This document shows, piece after piece, positions 18,312 to 29,054 of a stretch of 54,494 bases of DNA. Position 1 is the first letter of the stretch. Each line of letters opens with the position of its first letter. A model generated the notes under the pieces. It saw only the letters and a list, made by a program, of their open reading frames with translations. It did not search any database and was not told where the DNA came from. The DNA lies in sequence record SRR20825006_2186, one strand, 5' to 3'. The translations under genes were made by a program, and so were the position numbers.

Positions 18312-18533
18312 ATGAGCAAGTTTTTTTACGGTATAGAGGACTTATTTGTAAACTACCTTTTCGCACCATTGGATTTTTTCCGCTTTATGCACAGCTGGTG
18401 GGGTTCCAACTCCATTAACTGGATTTTTATGATCATCGGTTTTGTGGCGATGGTGTACTGGATGGGCCAGTTGAAGATTTTCAACAAGAACGGTGAAGAG
18501 GACAAGAGCATAAGCTCCCACTCATACATCTAG
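18312..18533 (+). CDS. Small membrane protein (DUF6341-like)
   Basis: 73 aa; FFYGIEDLFV..PLD..R, SWW.SN.INWIF, YWM.QL; own promoter box; 3' end overlaps purD convergently. Confidence 0.8.
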   Translation: MSKFFYGIEDLFVNYLFAPLDFFRFMHSWWGSNSINWIFMIIGFVAMVYWMGQLKIFNKNGEEDKSISSHSYI

Positions 18534-19799
18534 ATCGAATCCTAAATCTTTTCGGTAATACATTCCATCAAAATGGAGTTTTTCCATATTTTGATAGGAT
18601 GTTTTTAGTGCTTCCTTAAAGTCTTTTCCAAAGGAAGTAACCGCTATTACGCGCCCTCCGTTGGTCACTACTTTTCCTTCTGATAGTTTTGTTCCTGCAT
18701 GGAAAACTAGGGAATCCTGAATGTTCTCCGCCCCTGTGATTTCTTTTCCTTTTTCGTAGGCTTCGGGATACCCTCCGGAAACAGCCATCACCGTTGTTGC
18801 CGTTCTTTGGTCAATTTGAAGGTCAATTTGATCAAGCGTGCCGTTGGCCATTGCAACCAAGACATCAACAAGGTCATTTTTAAGCCTAGGAATCACCACT
18901 TCGGTCTCGGGATCTCCCATACGAACGTTGTACTCGATTACCTTGGGTTCGTCACCTACTTTAATCAATCCAATGAAGATAAAGCCCACATAGGGCAAAT
19001 TATCGCTTTTAAGGCCGTCTACGGTCGGTTTTACGATTTCTCGCTCTATCTTGTCCATAAAGATTGAATCGGCAAAAGGAACTGGGGAAATGGCCCCCAT
19101 ACCTCCCGTGTTGAGTCCGGTGTCTCCCTCACCTATCCTTTTGTAATCTTTCGCGGTGGGAAGGGTTTTGTAATTGGTTCCGTCCGTCAATACAAAACAG
19201 CTTAGTTCTATCCCGTCCAAAAACTCTTCTATGACCACCGTGGCACTTGCGTTTCCGAATTTGGAATCGACCAGCATGGATTTAAGCTCATCCTTGGCCT
19301 CTTGCAAATCTTGAAGGATTAAAACCCCTTTTCCAGCTGCAAGTCCATCTGCTTTTAGTACGTAAGGTGGTTTTAGGGTTTCCAAAAAGGCATACCCCTT
19401 TTCCAATGTCTCACTGGTAAAACTTTCGTAAGCTGCCGTTGGAATATTGTGCCGCATCATAAATTCCTTAGCAAATTCCTTGCTGCCTTCCAATTCTGCC
19501 GCAGCTTTTTCCGGCCCGATAACAGGAACGGAGTTCAGTTCATCATCGTTCAAGAAAAAATCATGTATCCCATTTACCAGAGGGTCTTCTGGTCCCACAA
19601 CCACTAAATCGATGCTCTCTTTCAGCACCAATTGCTTGATGGCTTCAAAATCGTTCACGCCGACCTCAACATTTGTGGCAATTTGTGAGGTGCCCGCATT
19701 GCCGGGCCCTACAAAAAGATTGGATGTTTTAGGACTTTGAGAGATTTTTAGGGAAATGGCATGTTCGCGACCGCCAGAACCCAAGACCAGGATATTCAT
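18522..19799 (-). CDS. purD: Phosphoribosylamine--glycine ligase
   Basis: MNILVLGSGGREHA, LEGSKEFAKEFM, KADGLAAGKGV, GDTGLNTGGMG, EYNVRMGDPE; ATG at 19799. Confidence 0.99.
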   Translation of the reverse strand: MNILVLGSGGREHAISLKISQSPKTSNLFVGPGNAGTSQIATNVEVGVNDFEAIKQLVLKESIDLVVVGPEDPLVNGIHDFFLNDDELNSVPVIGPEKAAAELEGSKEFAKEFMMRHNIPTAAYESFTSETLEKGYAFLETLKPPYVLKADGLAAGKGVLILQDLQEAKDELKSMLVDSKFGNASATVVIEEFLDGIELSCFVLTDGTNYKTLPTAKDYKRIGEGDTGLNTGGMGAISPVPFADSIFMDKIEREIVKPTVDGLKSDNLPYVGFIFIGLIKVGDEPKVIEYNVRMGDPETEVVIPRLKNDLVDVLVAMANGTLDQIDLQIDQRTATTVMAVSGGYPEAYEKGKEITGAENIQDSLVFHAGTKLSEGKVVTNGGRVIAVTSFGKDFKEALKTSYQNMEKLHFDGMYYRKDLGFDLDV

Positions 19800-19814
19800 G
19801 ATTTGATGTTTTGG

Positions 19815-19822
19815 CAAAAATA
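19815..19822 (-). promoter_or_regulatory. Bacteroidota -7 promoter box (TATTTTTG) for purD
   Basis: Matches TAnnTTTG, 16 nt upstream of the ATG; supports the 19799 start over the TTG at 19817. Confidence 0.55.
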
Positions 19823-19922
19823 ACTCAATTCAAATTTAATTTAAGGGTTATTTGCAAATGATCTGGGCTTACTTTTCGACACGAATTGCACAAATTTCCA
19901 CTAAGCCGTTACGGAGCGTAGT

Positions 19923-20002
19923 TGTCATTTCGAGCGAATGCGAGAAATCTACAACAAATCAGATTTCTCAATCGTCGCTTCGCTCCTCTTTTCGAAATGA
20001 CA
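19923..20002. repeat. REP/MITE-like palindromic element
   Basis: 11-bp terminal inverted repeat TGTCATTTCGA / TCGAAATGACA plus internal 9-bp stem GAGAAATCT / AGATTTCTC; same termini as the element at 87-173. Confidence 0.8.
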
Positions 20003-20015
20003 TTTGACGAATGAT

Positions 20016-20987
20016 TTATGGTAAAAACTCTCTGTGGGCCTCCCATAACTTTTCATCCGAAAGCGATTTGAAATACTCGAACACTTTTTTGAGCCCTTCG
20101 GAACGATGTACCTTGGGTTCCCAATCCAAAATTTCCTTGGCTCGGGAAATATCGGGCTGACGTTGCATGGGGTCGTCTTGTGGTAATGGTTTGAACACGA
20201 TTTTTTGGTCGGTTCCCGTTAGTTTGATGATTTCTTCGGCAAACTCCAAAATCGTGGTTTCATCCGGGTTACCGATGTTGATGGGTTCTACATAATCGCT
20301 CATCAAAAGGCGATAGATTCCCTCAATTTGGTCATCGATATAGGTAAAGGATCGGGATTGCGAGCCGTCCCCAAACACGGTCAAATCCTCTCCACGAAGG
20401 GCCTGACCCATAAAAGCGGGAACCACTCGGCCGTCATTAAGGCGCATTCGAGATCCGTAGGTGTTAAAAATCCGAACGATACGGGTGTCCAGTCCATGGT
20501 GCCGGTGATAGGCCATGGTTATGGATTCCATAAAGCGTTTGGCCTCATCATATACTCCTCGCGGCCCAATGGGACTCACGTTTCCGTAATATTCCTCATT
20601 CTGGGGATGTACCAACGGGTCACCATACACCTCGGATGTGGAGGCGACTAAAATGCGTGCTCCGTGATCTCTGGCCAATCCCAAAAGATTGAGTGTTCCC
20701 AAGGAACCAACTTTGAGAGTTTCGATGGGAATCTTTAAATAGTCGATTGGACTTGCAGGAGATGCAAAATGAAGGATATAATCCATCTTGCCCGGAACAT
20801 GGACAAATTTGGTAACATCGTGATGAAAAAATTCAAACCGCTTTAGGTGGAACAGGTGCTCTATGTTCTTGATATCCCCTGTAATCAGGTTATCCATGCC
20901 AATAACATGGTGGCCTTCGGCAATGAACCGATCACAAAGGTGTGAGCCTAAAAACCCTGCAGCTCCGGTGATGAGTGTTTTTTTCAT
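20016..20987 (-). CDS. UDP-glucuronic acid decarboxylase (UXS-like SDR)
   Basis: [42 protein letters not shown]. Confidence 0.93.
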   Translation of the reverse strand: MKKTLITGAAGFLGSHLCDRFIAEGHHVIGMDNLITGDIKNIEHLFHLKRFEFFHHDVTKFVHVPGKMDYILHFASPASPIDYLKIPIETLKVGSLGTLNLLGLARDHGARILVASTSEVYGDPLVHPQNEEYYGNVSPIGPRGVYDEAKRFMESITMAYHRHHGLDTRIVRIFNTYGSRMRLNDGRVVPAFMGQALRGEDLTVFGDGSQSRSFTYIDDQIEGIYRLLMSDYVEPINIGNPDETTILEFAEEIIKLTGTDQKIVFKPLPQDDPMQRQPDISRAKEILDWEPKVHRSEGLKKVFEYFKSLSDEKLWEAHREFLP

Positions 20988-22135
20988 TCTTGATCATTCT
21001 TCTTTTTAGCAGGGTTTTCCTTTTTTCCCTTAATGGACTCTATTTTCCTTTTCAACCGAATCTTCTGCTTTAACGTGGTAAAGTTGTAATTGTACCTGAA
21101 AAATATATAGGCTAAAAAAATTACAACACTGACAAGCATTATCACCATTCCTGTATTCTTTGCCTTGCTTCCCAAAATAATAAACAGCACCACAAAGATG
21201 ATATTGAAACAGCCTATGATAAAACTTGCCTGTTTGTGGGAAAGCCCCCAAAAATCAATAAGAACATGATGTACATGGTTCCTGTCCGGAGAGAATGGCC
21301 CTCTTTTGTTTGCCAACCGGATTGCAAACACTCTTGCTGTATCAAAAAGAGGAACTATCAAAATGCTTATAGCTATCAATGGCGCATTTTCCAACAAAAA
21401 TGGAAGCTCTCCATATGCCGTAGGTTCAAGGGCCAGAAACTTCAACGTCAAAACACTAATAATGAATCCGACTATTAAAGAGCCGGTGTCGCCCATAAAA
21501 ATCTTTTTACTCGATGATATATTGAATCCAAAAAAGGCCATTAAACATGCATTCATTGTAATAGCGATAAGGGCAAAATAATACTCTTTTGACAAATAGA
21601 AAATAGTTGTGTAAATAACCATAATCACTATACCAACTATTGACGCAAGCCCATCTATTCCATCAATTAGATTATATGAATTGATAATAGTAAGCATTAA
21701 AAACCCTCCAATGACGAGATATAAATAATACGGAATTTCATAAATATTGAGAAAGCCATTCAATGATTCTATTCCGAAACTGTCATTGACCAAAACAAAG
21801 GCAATTGCAATCACTTGAGCAATTAGTTTTGACCCGGGAGACAGTACTACCATATCATCCTTTAAACCAACAATGAACAAGATGGTGAGACCGGGAATGA
21901 TGAATATGTCTTCGGTATGTTCGTGCCAGTTCTTAATAAAGAATAGAGCAATAATGATTGTGAAAAAGAAGGAAACCCCTCCCAATGTTGGTGTTCTCCG
22001 ACTATGTGAACTTCTTTGGTTTGGGTCATCCATTAACCTTTTGTATTCCACAACACCTATTATCTTGGGGATTGTGAGATACACTAAGAGGAAGGATCCA
22101 ATAAAAACTAAGACCGCTGTTTCCAGAAAGTTCAT
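20984..22135 (-). CDS. WecA/TagO-like undecaprenyl-phosphate sugar-1-P transferase (MraY family)
   Basis: [44 protein letters not shown]. Confidence 0.93.
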   Translation of the reverse strand: MNFLETAVLVFIGSFLLVYLTIPKIIGVVEYKRLMDDPNQRSSHSRRTPTLGGVSFFFTIIIALFFIKNWHEHTEDIFIIPGLTILFIVGLKDDMVVLSPGSKLIAQVIAIAFVLVNDSFGIESLNGFLNIYEIPYYLYLVIGGFLMLTIINSYNLIDGIDGLASIVGIVIMVIYTTIFYLSKEYYFALIAITMNACLMAFFGFNISSSKKIFMGDTGSLIVGFIISVLTLKFLALEPTAYGELPFLLENAPLIAISILIVPLFDTARVFAIRLANKRGPFSPDRNHVHHVLIDFWGLSHKQASFIIGCFNIIFVVLFIILGSKAKNTGMVIMLVSVVIFLAYIFFRYNYNFTTLKQKIRLKRKIESIKGKKENPAKKKNDQE

Positions 22136-22152
22136 CTTACTTAAAATTTACG

Positions 22153-23346
22153 CTATTTACTCATGAACAATAGCATTTGTTTTGCAATATTATTTCTTTT
22201 AAAATCAGCCACAAAGGTATCAAACGGATATTCTTTGTTTTTTTCAGTTTTTAGCTTTTTCACCTTATTTATAAATTCCTCTTTATTTTCAGGTTCATAG
22301 GATTCACCTATTCCATAGCTCTCAATCAATTCTTTAGATTCTCCTTCCACACCCAAGAGTATAGGTTTGTGCATGGCCGCCAGCTCAAATATTTTTGATG
22401 GAATCACAGATTTAAAGGTTGTCGACTTCTTGAGGTTTACAAGTCCTACATCTAAGATTGAAATGTACATGCCAACTTTATTTTTGGGTACCGAATCCAA
22501 CATCGTAACATTTTTTAATGCTAGTTTTTCCTTTAGGTTAAATAGATTTTCTTTCTCCGCTCCTGAGCCCAAAAACAAAAAATGAATATTCGGGTCCTTG
22601 ATTTCCTTAGCGGCGATTAATACAAAATCGAGTTTATGTGCCATCCCATGGGTACCTATGTACCCGATTATAAATTTTCCCTCTAAATCATGGTTTTTTA
22701 AAATCTCTTGGTTTTTTGGCGATGGTTGAAACAGCGAGTCATCGATTCCATTTTTAAACACTCCTATTTTGCTGGATGGAATATTATGCTTTTCAATCAA
22801 TTGCTTTTTAAAGCTATCTGTGACAGTAACAATTTTATAGGCAGTTTTATACATTCTTCTTTCCAAATACTCAAAATACCTGATGATAAAGTTGCTCTTC
22901 ATAGCACCTACAGCTTTTATGGATTCTGGCCAAATGTCCCTCACCTCCATAATCCATTTTTTCCTTTTTAAAATGGACAGCCATCTACCTGCTATAGCGG
23001 TAAAAAATTGTGGAGACGTGGCTATAATCAAATCTGTTTTTATAAAAAGACCTGCGAATATTGCTGAAATCATAAAGCTGTTATAGTCCACAATTCTTTT
23101 TATGAAGCCTTCGTTGGCGGCAATATAGGTCCAAACCCGAATTACCCTGATACCGTCGATCCACTCTTCTTGTCTCAGTTTATTTTTATAGCCCTCAAAA
23201 ACCTTCCCTTTTGGGAAGTTTGGTGCTCCGGTAATGACCGTTACATCTGCCCCTTGTTCTACCCATTCCTTGCAGTGCGCATAAGTGCGTGAAGCAGGGG
23301 CATTGAATTCGGGGGGGAAATTGTCCGTTAGAAAAAGAATTCTCAT
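22153..23346 (-). CDS. GT4 glycosyltransferase (WbuB-like)
   Basis: MRILFLTDNFPPE, APNFPKG, ATSPQFF, EVRDIWPES, IPSKIFE. Confidence 0.92.
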   Translation of the reverse strand: MRILFLTDNFPPEFNAPASRTYAHCKEWVEQGADVTVITGAPNFPKGKVFEGYKNKLRQEEWIDGIRVIRVWTYIAANEGFIKRIVDYNSFMISAIFAGLFIKTDLIIATSPQFFTAIAGRWLSILKRKKWIMEVRDIWPESIKAVGAMKSNFIIRYFEYLERRMYKTAYKIVTVTDSFKKQLIEKHNIPSSKIGVFKNGIDDSLFQPSPKNQEILKNHDLEGKFIIGYIGTHGMAHKLDFVLIAAKEIKDPNIHFLFLGSGAEKENLFNLKEKLALKNVTMLDSVPKNKVGMYISILDVGLVNLKKSTTFKSVIPSKIFELAAMHKPILLGVEGESKELIESYGIGESYEPENKEEFINKVKKLKTEKNKEYPFDTFVADFKRNNIAKQMLLFMSK

Positions 23347-24917
23347 CTATTTACTTTTCTTATGGTTGTCTCTAAAGTTTGATTAAAACTCACCTCAATT
23401 TTAATTGCGCTTCTTCGGATATTGAAGCCTTCCGCAATATGGCATGACTGATTGGAAACCTTTATTCCCTCTCCTTTAAAAAAGATCACAATTCCTTCTG
23501 TTTGCAAAATGACTGAATCCTCCTCTTGTTCTATATTGATGATACTTGGATGGAAATGAAAATGTGCGACTGCACATTCTTTTTGGTTTTTGATACTATC
23601 AATTATTTTGAATCCACTATCCTCAATCCTAAACTCTCTTTCATGAAGGGTAGGGTAATATCCATTGTGAGAGGCTTTAATATAACTATCCCCTTCTTCA
23701 AGTTCAACGACCTTGGCCCTTTTGCCCACTCTAAAACCACCCCAAACCTGTGTCTGTTCTCTGTTGCCTATTTTAACAGTATTGTGTGCGGCGGTTTCTC
23801 GCTCTTTCTGTCTTAATTGGTTTTTTTCATAAGTTGAAGTTCCTGTATCCACAAGTATTGGCTTCTGGTCCACATACAGTTCAAAACTAAAAGTATCGGA
23901 ATGCGCATGACCCAGTTGATAATCTGGACCAATATTTCCCACGTCCATAAAAACTTCAAAATTGGTCCTTTCGAACTTTCGATATCCAGAATCATCCAAT
24001 CTACCGGATTTCCAAGTTATACCAAGTTCTTTGGCATAATTAAAAAGAGTTTGGGATGATGGGGCAATTTCATAAGCACTATCATTTACCATAGGAATAT
24101 TGCCGTTGGAAAAAGTTGCCGTTTGAAGCCATGAAAGCATTTTTACAACCTTCTCCTTTAATAATGGTAACAGTCTGTCAGACCTCCAAGGATTCGATTG
24201 GGAAAGATTTATACAGTCCAGTAAACGATGCAATAAAATCTGATGGTACATGGGAGACAGCTCAAAGTGGGCACCATCGTTCAAAACCTGTTCCTCCAAT
24301 TCTGTTTTTAGAATAGATTCTACCTTTTGGTAAAGTTGTTCATCCTTGAAATAGTATGCTCCAAAAAATAGCGAAAATCCATTTTCCAAGAGATGGTTTC
24401 CCAATAGATGGTATTCCAGATTGTGGTACAGCCTCTGATAGTGCTTGTAAAGGGTTTCGTTTATAGCATGGTCCTTTATCTGGTTTCTTGAAAGAAACTT
24501 TATCCAGTTTATCCCTCTCAACGAAATTGGATAGGGTTCAAGCCCGTCTTGCAATTGCTTTTTGGTCTCCATGTAATCCTTGATTAAATCAAGGCCCTTT
24601 TTTGTTGTTATACTTTTTTGGTTGAGGAAATCAAAATAATTAAGGTTATAGGTCCACAATTTTCCAAAGCCACTATAGTTCCAATCTATCTGTCCCTGAA
24701 ACTGGTGTGAAACATTTAGAAAGCAAAATGTTTTTTCCAAAAAAAAAGAATCAGCAAAAAATACAGGGTCATTCCATTTCAATGGCTCAATTTCCTTTAT
24801 CAATGGTTTGTTATAAGCTGTATTGCCAAACTTTTTTCTTGCCAAATAATATAGTCGATAAAAAACCTGCTTTTGGCGCAGGTATCTAATAGTATTGATG
24901 AGCTTTAAAAAATTCAT
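23343..24917 (-). CDS. Heparinase II/III-like protein
   Basis: LEYHLLGNHLLEN, DGAHFELSPMYH, GHAHSDTFSFEL, VDTGTSTY, AHNTV. Confidence 0.9.
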   Translation of the reverse strand: MNFLKLINTIRYLRQKQVFYRLYYLARKKFGNTAYNKPLIKEIEPLKWNDPVFFADSFFLEKTFCFLNVSHQFQGQIDWNYSGFGKLWTYNLNYFDFLNQKSITTKKGLDLIKDYMETKKQLQDGLEPYPISLRGINWIKFLSRNQIKDHAINETLYKHYQRLYHNLEYHLLGNHLLENGFSLFFGAYYFKDEQLYQKVESILKTELEEQVLNDGAHFELSPMYHQILLHRLLDCINLSQSNPWRSDRLLPLLKEKVVKMLSWLQTATFSNGNIPMVNDSAYEIAPSSQTLFNYAKELGITWKSGRLDDSGYRKFERTNFEVFMDVGNIGPDYQLGHAHSDTFSFELYVDQKPILVDTGTSTYEKNQLRQKERETAAHNTVKIGNREQTQVWGGFRVGKRAKVVELEEGDSYIKASHNGYYPTLHEREFRIEDSGFKIIDSIKNQKECAVAHFHFHPSIINIEQEEDSVILQTEGIVIFFKGEGIKVSNQSCHIAEGFNIRRSAIKIEVSFNQTLETTIRKVNR

Positions 24918-26161
24918 GCCAGCAAAGTATTCTTTTCATTGTAGGTAAGCAGTCCAATAAAAAAAAGCACGGGTAAAATCCCTGCTTGTCTGCTTAAAAA
25001 CGGTTCAATCATACAAACGATAAAAACGATTCCTGTATAGATCATGAGTAAAATATTCTGATTGTAATATGCCCTGCGAAAAATTGATATAAAAATTCCA
25101 AAAAACAAAAAAAATCCAATAACCCCAGACCCGATAAACGTTTTTAAAAACTCATTATGTGGGTCATATACGCCCTTATATAGAAGAAATGTAAAGTCAT
25201 TCTTTATCAGTTTTTCTTTCATTTTAGTATTGATGTCGCCAATGCCATAACCAAATACGGGTGCCTCGCCAATAAGCTCCAGGGAACACTTTGTGTATTG
25301 AAAACGTTCTATTAGGCTTCCTTCCTTCTTTTCGTTAATGGCCCCCATTTGTTCAATGGACTGACGGAACCTGGTTTTTGCCAAATAAAATCCCAAAGAC
25401 ATAATAAGAATGAAAACCGACATGATTATCATTCGCTTTTTTGCCTTGCTCTTTCTAAGCTTTTGGTAGGTAATGTAACACAATAGGGCCACCAAGAGCA
25501 TGATGGCAATTTTGGACACCAATAAGAAGATTACAAATATGAATGTAAAGGCAACAATATATCTGAAAACTCTATTTTTTAAAATATCCTTATTAAAATA
25601 AAGAAACAAAAAGGCAGATAGCAGTGAAAAGGAAAAGTATAGCCTGTGCACATCGAACACGACAAAGTTTGCGCCACCATGGTATGCTATATAATGAAAA
25701 GTTTCCAGAGTTATGCCTTCATTGATCGTACGGTCAATGAAATAAAACTTTTCGGTGATAAAAAAATGGGCCAAATGGGCGAAACAGTAGAGGCATATCA
25801 AAAAGTTACTTATTACAAAAATTCGCATCATCTGGAATGAAGGCCACTTTTTGACCAATAAAAACAAGAGGGGGGCTGCTAGATAAAACAACCTGTGTTC
25901 AATTGCTTTTAATCCATTTGATGTGTCAGTTGACCATGCTATTGTAATCAATTGCCACAAAAAAAGAAGAATGAAAAATATAAAGGAGCTTTTGAATGTT
26001 TGAATGTTGTTTGTGATACCAGACCGTTTTGCACGAAAGATTGCCATTAATATCATCAATCCTATTAATGGCGCCAATATCTTGACATCTAACGGCAGTA
26101 AAAAAACAAATATGCCAGTGACCCAAAAAGTTACTTTTTCAAGATATTTATCTTTAACCAT
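24914..26161 (-). CDS. O-antigen ligase / Wzy_C family membrane protein
   Basis: About 11-12 TM segments; ER...FGYGIG..., DPHNEFL...GVIG periplasmic motif. Confidence 0.87.
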   Translation of the reverse strand: MVKDKYLEKVTFWVTGIFVFLLPLDVKILAPLIGLMILMAIFRAKRSGITNNIQTFKSSFIFFILLFLWQLITIAWSTDTSNGLKAIEHRLFYLAAPLLFLLVKKWPSFQMMRIFVISNFLICLYCFAHLAHFFITEKFYFIDRTINEGITLETFHYIAYHGGANFVVFDVHRLYFSFSLLSAFLFLYFNKDILKNRVFRYIVAFTFIFVIFLLVSKIAIMLLVALLCYITYQKLRKSKAKKRMIIMSVFILIMSLGFYLAKTRFRQSIEQMGAINEKKEGSLIERFQYTKCSLELIGEAPVFGYGIGDINTKMKEKLIKNDFTFLLYKGVYDPHNEFLKTFIGSGVIGFFLFFGIFISIFRRAYYNQNILLMIYTGIVFIVCMIEPFLSRQAGILPVLFFIGLLTYNEKNTLLA

Positions 26162-26165
26162 TCAT

Positions 26166-28286
26166 CTATTCAATTGTGATCCATTGTTGCCTTTGTAAAG
26201 ATTCTATAGCTGCAATGGAGGTCTTGCTTGTGTTAATTATTTCATCAAATGAAATAATTGGATTCCCCCCATTTTGCTGTTGATGTATTAATTCTTTAAA
26301 CTGGTTAAAATGCCCTTTGTCCTGTTTGGAGGACATGTTCTTCCCGTTCTTAAAACCATAAGTCTTCAATTTTCTCCAATTGTCCATGATCATGGTTCTT
26401 CCTTGGGAATACACTTCTACACGCTCTTTGGAATATGCTTTACTGCCATTTGAAAAATAGTTGATTGTTGCATTGGCACCGTTTTCGTATTTTAGAAGAA
26501 TACTGGCATTATCCGTGTTTTCTTTTGGGTTCATCCCCATCGCATTCATGCATACAGCTTTAACATTGCTCCCTGATAAATAATTACACAAATCGATGTA
26601 ATGACAGGCTTCTCCAATTATTCTGCCCCCCCCTATTTCCATGTCATGTACCCAAACATCCGAGGGTATAAATCCGGCGTTCATAGTTGCTACGATATTC
26701 ATTGGGCTATTATTATTGCCCAATAATTGTTTCATCCTTTTTGCAATCGGGGCAAATCTTCTATTGAAGCCGACGTTTAAACTAACATTTTGGTCTCTAT
26801 ATACATCTATTATTTCCTGAATTTCGGAATAGGTCAATGCCAAAGGTTTCTCAACAAAAACACTTTTTCCCGATTTTAAGGTTTCCAGCACCATTGGTGC
26901 ATGCATATTGTGCTTTGTTGTAATTAAGACCAAATCCACTTCATTATCTCCCAGGATCTCATGATAATCCGAAGTGGACTTCGCGATTGAATAGCGTTTA
27001 GCCATAATCGTGGAGGATAACCCCCCTGAGCTGCCAATATATTTTATATGGGCATTCAATTTTTCTAAATTGGGTAAAATGGTTGAGCTTGTAAAGTTAC
27101 CAGCTCCAATAATTCCAATAATCCCCTTTTTACCTTCAAAGGAAGTTTCCTTTATGGTTACGGTACTGCTTGGTTCACTTTCCTGATTGTACTCCAAAAT
27201 TGAGGCAATTGACTTGGAACCGCTCATATCTCCATAAATATTTTGAAAGTCCTTTAATGGTACTCGCTCAGTAATTAAAGGTTTTACATCTACAGTGCCT
27301 TTTGAAATCGCGTTCAATATGGCTTCAAAATTTCTTTTTTCGGTCCAACGGACATATCCGATTGGATAATCATTACCTTTTTGTTCGTATTCCTCATCAT
27401 ATCTTCCAGGGCCATAGGAACAAGATACTTGGAATGAAATTTCTTTTTCGTAAAAATCTGCTCTACTAATGTTTAGACCAATAACCCCAACCAAGACAAC
27501 CCTTCCTCTTTTTCTACACATTTTGGCTGCTTGTGAAATAATCTCATTGCTTTTATTGGATGCGGTGATAATTACTCCGTCGGTACCTATTCCCTTGGTA
27601 TAAGATTCAACAAATTTTACTTGATCGGTACCCTCAGCCGGATTTATGGCCTTAATACCCTTTTCCGCGGCTATCCTTACCTTATCGGGATCAAAATCAA
27701 AACCAATAACATTGCATCCATTTGCCATAAGCAGTTCAGCTGTTACCAAACCTATAAGACCAAGACCAACCACTACCATAGTTTCACCAAAAGTTGGGTT
27801 CAATAATCTTATACCTTGCAACCCAATGGCGCCAATAACAGTAAAAGTAGCCTCGTCGTCAGTAACGTTATCAGGAATTTTAACCACCAAATTTTTGGGG
27901 ATGTTCACATATTCTGCATGATTTCCATTCGAGGCAACACGATCACCAATTTGAAATTCCGTTACACCTTTACCTACACCAATTACTTCGCCCACATTAC
28001 AATACCCTAGAGGCAATGGTTGGTTCAGTTTATTGCGGACAGAATCTATTGTAGGCTTTAGGCCATCGGTCTTTACTTTGTCCAAAACCATTTTTACTTT
28101 ATCTGGTTGTTGTTTGGCTTTTTGGATAAAATTTGCCTTTCCAAACTCGACCAACATACGCTCAGTACCTAGGGACACCAACGATTTTTTGGTCTTGATC
28201 AGAACATGACCTGATTTTACCTTGGGTACTGGCACTTCTTCCAATATTGTTTCCCCGTTCTTTATATCTTGGATTATCTGCTTCAT
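26166..28286 (-). CDS. Bi-domain oxidoreductase (MDR/Zn-ADH-like + Gfo/Idh/MocA)
   Basis: 706 aa; SLVSLGTE, PLGYC, VGLGLIG, SCSYGPGRYD; second Rossmann IGAGNF, VFVEKP, GFNRRF, GGRIIGEACHYID. Confidence 0.92.
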   Translation of the reverse strand: MKQIIQDIKNGETILEEVPVPKVKSGHVLIKTKKSLVSLGTERMLVEFGKANFIQKAKQQPDKVKMVLDKVKTDGLKPTIDSVRNKLNQPLPLGYCNVGEVIGVGKGVTEFQIGDRVASNGNHAEYVNIPKNLVVKIPDNVTDDEATFTVIGAIGLQGIRLLNPTFGETMVVVGLGLIGLVTAELLMANGCNVIGFDFDPDKVRIAAEKGIKAINPAEGTDQVKFVESYTKGIGTDGVIITASNKSNEIISQAAKMCRKRGRVVLVGVIGLNISRADFYEKEISFQVSCSYGPGRYDEEYEQKGNDYPIGYVRWTEKRNFEAILNAISKGTVDVKPLITERVPLKDFQNIYGDMSGSKSIASILEYNQESEPSSTVTIKETSFEGKKGIIGIIGAGNFTSSTILPNLEKLNAHIKYIGSSGGLSSTIMAKRYSIAKSTSDYHEILGDNEVDLVLITTKHNMHAPMVLETLKSGKSVFVEKPLALTYSEIQEIIDVYRDQNVSLNVGFNRRFAPIAKRMKQLLGNNNSPMNIVATMNAGFIPSDVWVHDMEIGGGRIIGEACHYIDLCNYLSGSNVKAVCMNAMGMNPKENTDNASILLKYENGANATINYFSNGSKAYSKERVEVYSQGRTMIMDNWRKLKTYGFKNGKNMSSKQDKGHFNQFKELIHQQQNGGNPIISFDEIINTSKTSIAAIESLQRQQWITIE

Positions 28287-29051
28287 TTAGCTCAGTAATT
28301 TTCTTTTTTCTTCTTTATTGGGGTAGTTTATCAAAACGGCCTTAAACTTTCCCTTGAAAACAAATAGGCTTCCGGCTGCCACACCAATAATCTTGTATTT
28401 GGCGATAACATTTTTAATGTCTTCCAAGCTACCGGCTCCTCCCAATACAGTTAATGGTAAATCTATTGCAGATCTTACCAAGTCGATTAAATTAATATCA
28501 TAACCTTTCATTACACCATCATTGTCAATGGAATTGACTACAATTTCTCCTGCTCCAAGGGATTCAAATTTTTTAGCAAGATCTACAGGATTCTTTCCTG
28601 TGGATTTAGTACCGTTGTTTGTGTATACCTGATACTTGCCGAATAACCCCTTCTTTTTTACATCTAGTACTACAATAACACTTTGCACTCCAACTGCGTT
28701 CGCGATATCGGTCACTAAGTTTGGATTTTCAATTACAGCTGAACTAAGTGCTACCTTTTCTGCCCCCAGATGAATAATTTTTTTGGCATGTTCCACTGTT
28801 TTAACACCTCCTCCATAGCATAATGGCATTCGGGATTCGTTGGCAAGGTTTTCGATCATTACAAAGTCCGGTTCCCTTCCTTCTTTTGTGGCATCGATAT
28901 CGAGGACCATAAGTTCGTCCACTTCCTTTTCATTAAATATTTTTACCGCATTTATGGGGTCGCCGACATACTTACCTTCCTTGAATTGAACAGTCTTTAC
29001 AAGTCCTTTGTTCTTTACCAACAAACAAGGTATTATTCTTGAGCGAAGCAT
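28287..29051 (-). CDS. HisF-like cyclase subunit of sugar amidotransferase (WbuZ/AglZ type)
   Basis: RIIPCLL, YVGDPINAVKIFNEKEVDEL, AAGSLFVF..AVLINYP; inside the polysaccharide locus. Confidence 0.92.
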   Translation of the reverse strand: MLRSRIIPCLLVKNKGLVKTVQFKEGKYVGDPINAVKIFNEKEVDELMVLDIDATKEGREPDFVMIENLANESRMPLCYGGGVKTVEHAKKIIHLGAEKVALSSAVIENPNLVTDIANAVGVQSVIVVLDVKKKGLFGKYQVYTNNGTKSTGKNPVDLAKKFESLGAGEIVVNSIDNDGVMKGYDINLIDLVRSAIDLPLTVLGGAGSLEDIKNVIAKYKIIGVAAGSLFVFKGKFKAVLINYPNKEEKRKLLS

Positions 29052-29054
29052 AGA

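Noticed and set aside
24739-24747. Homopolymer tracts (A9 here, G7 at 23311-23317) as phase-variation switches
   Set aside because: Short tracts are expected in AT-rich DNA and both genes are in frame; no evidence without read-level data.
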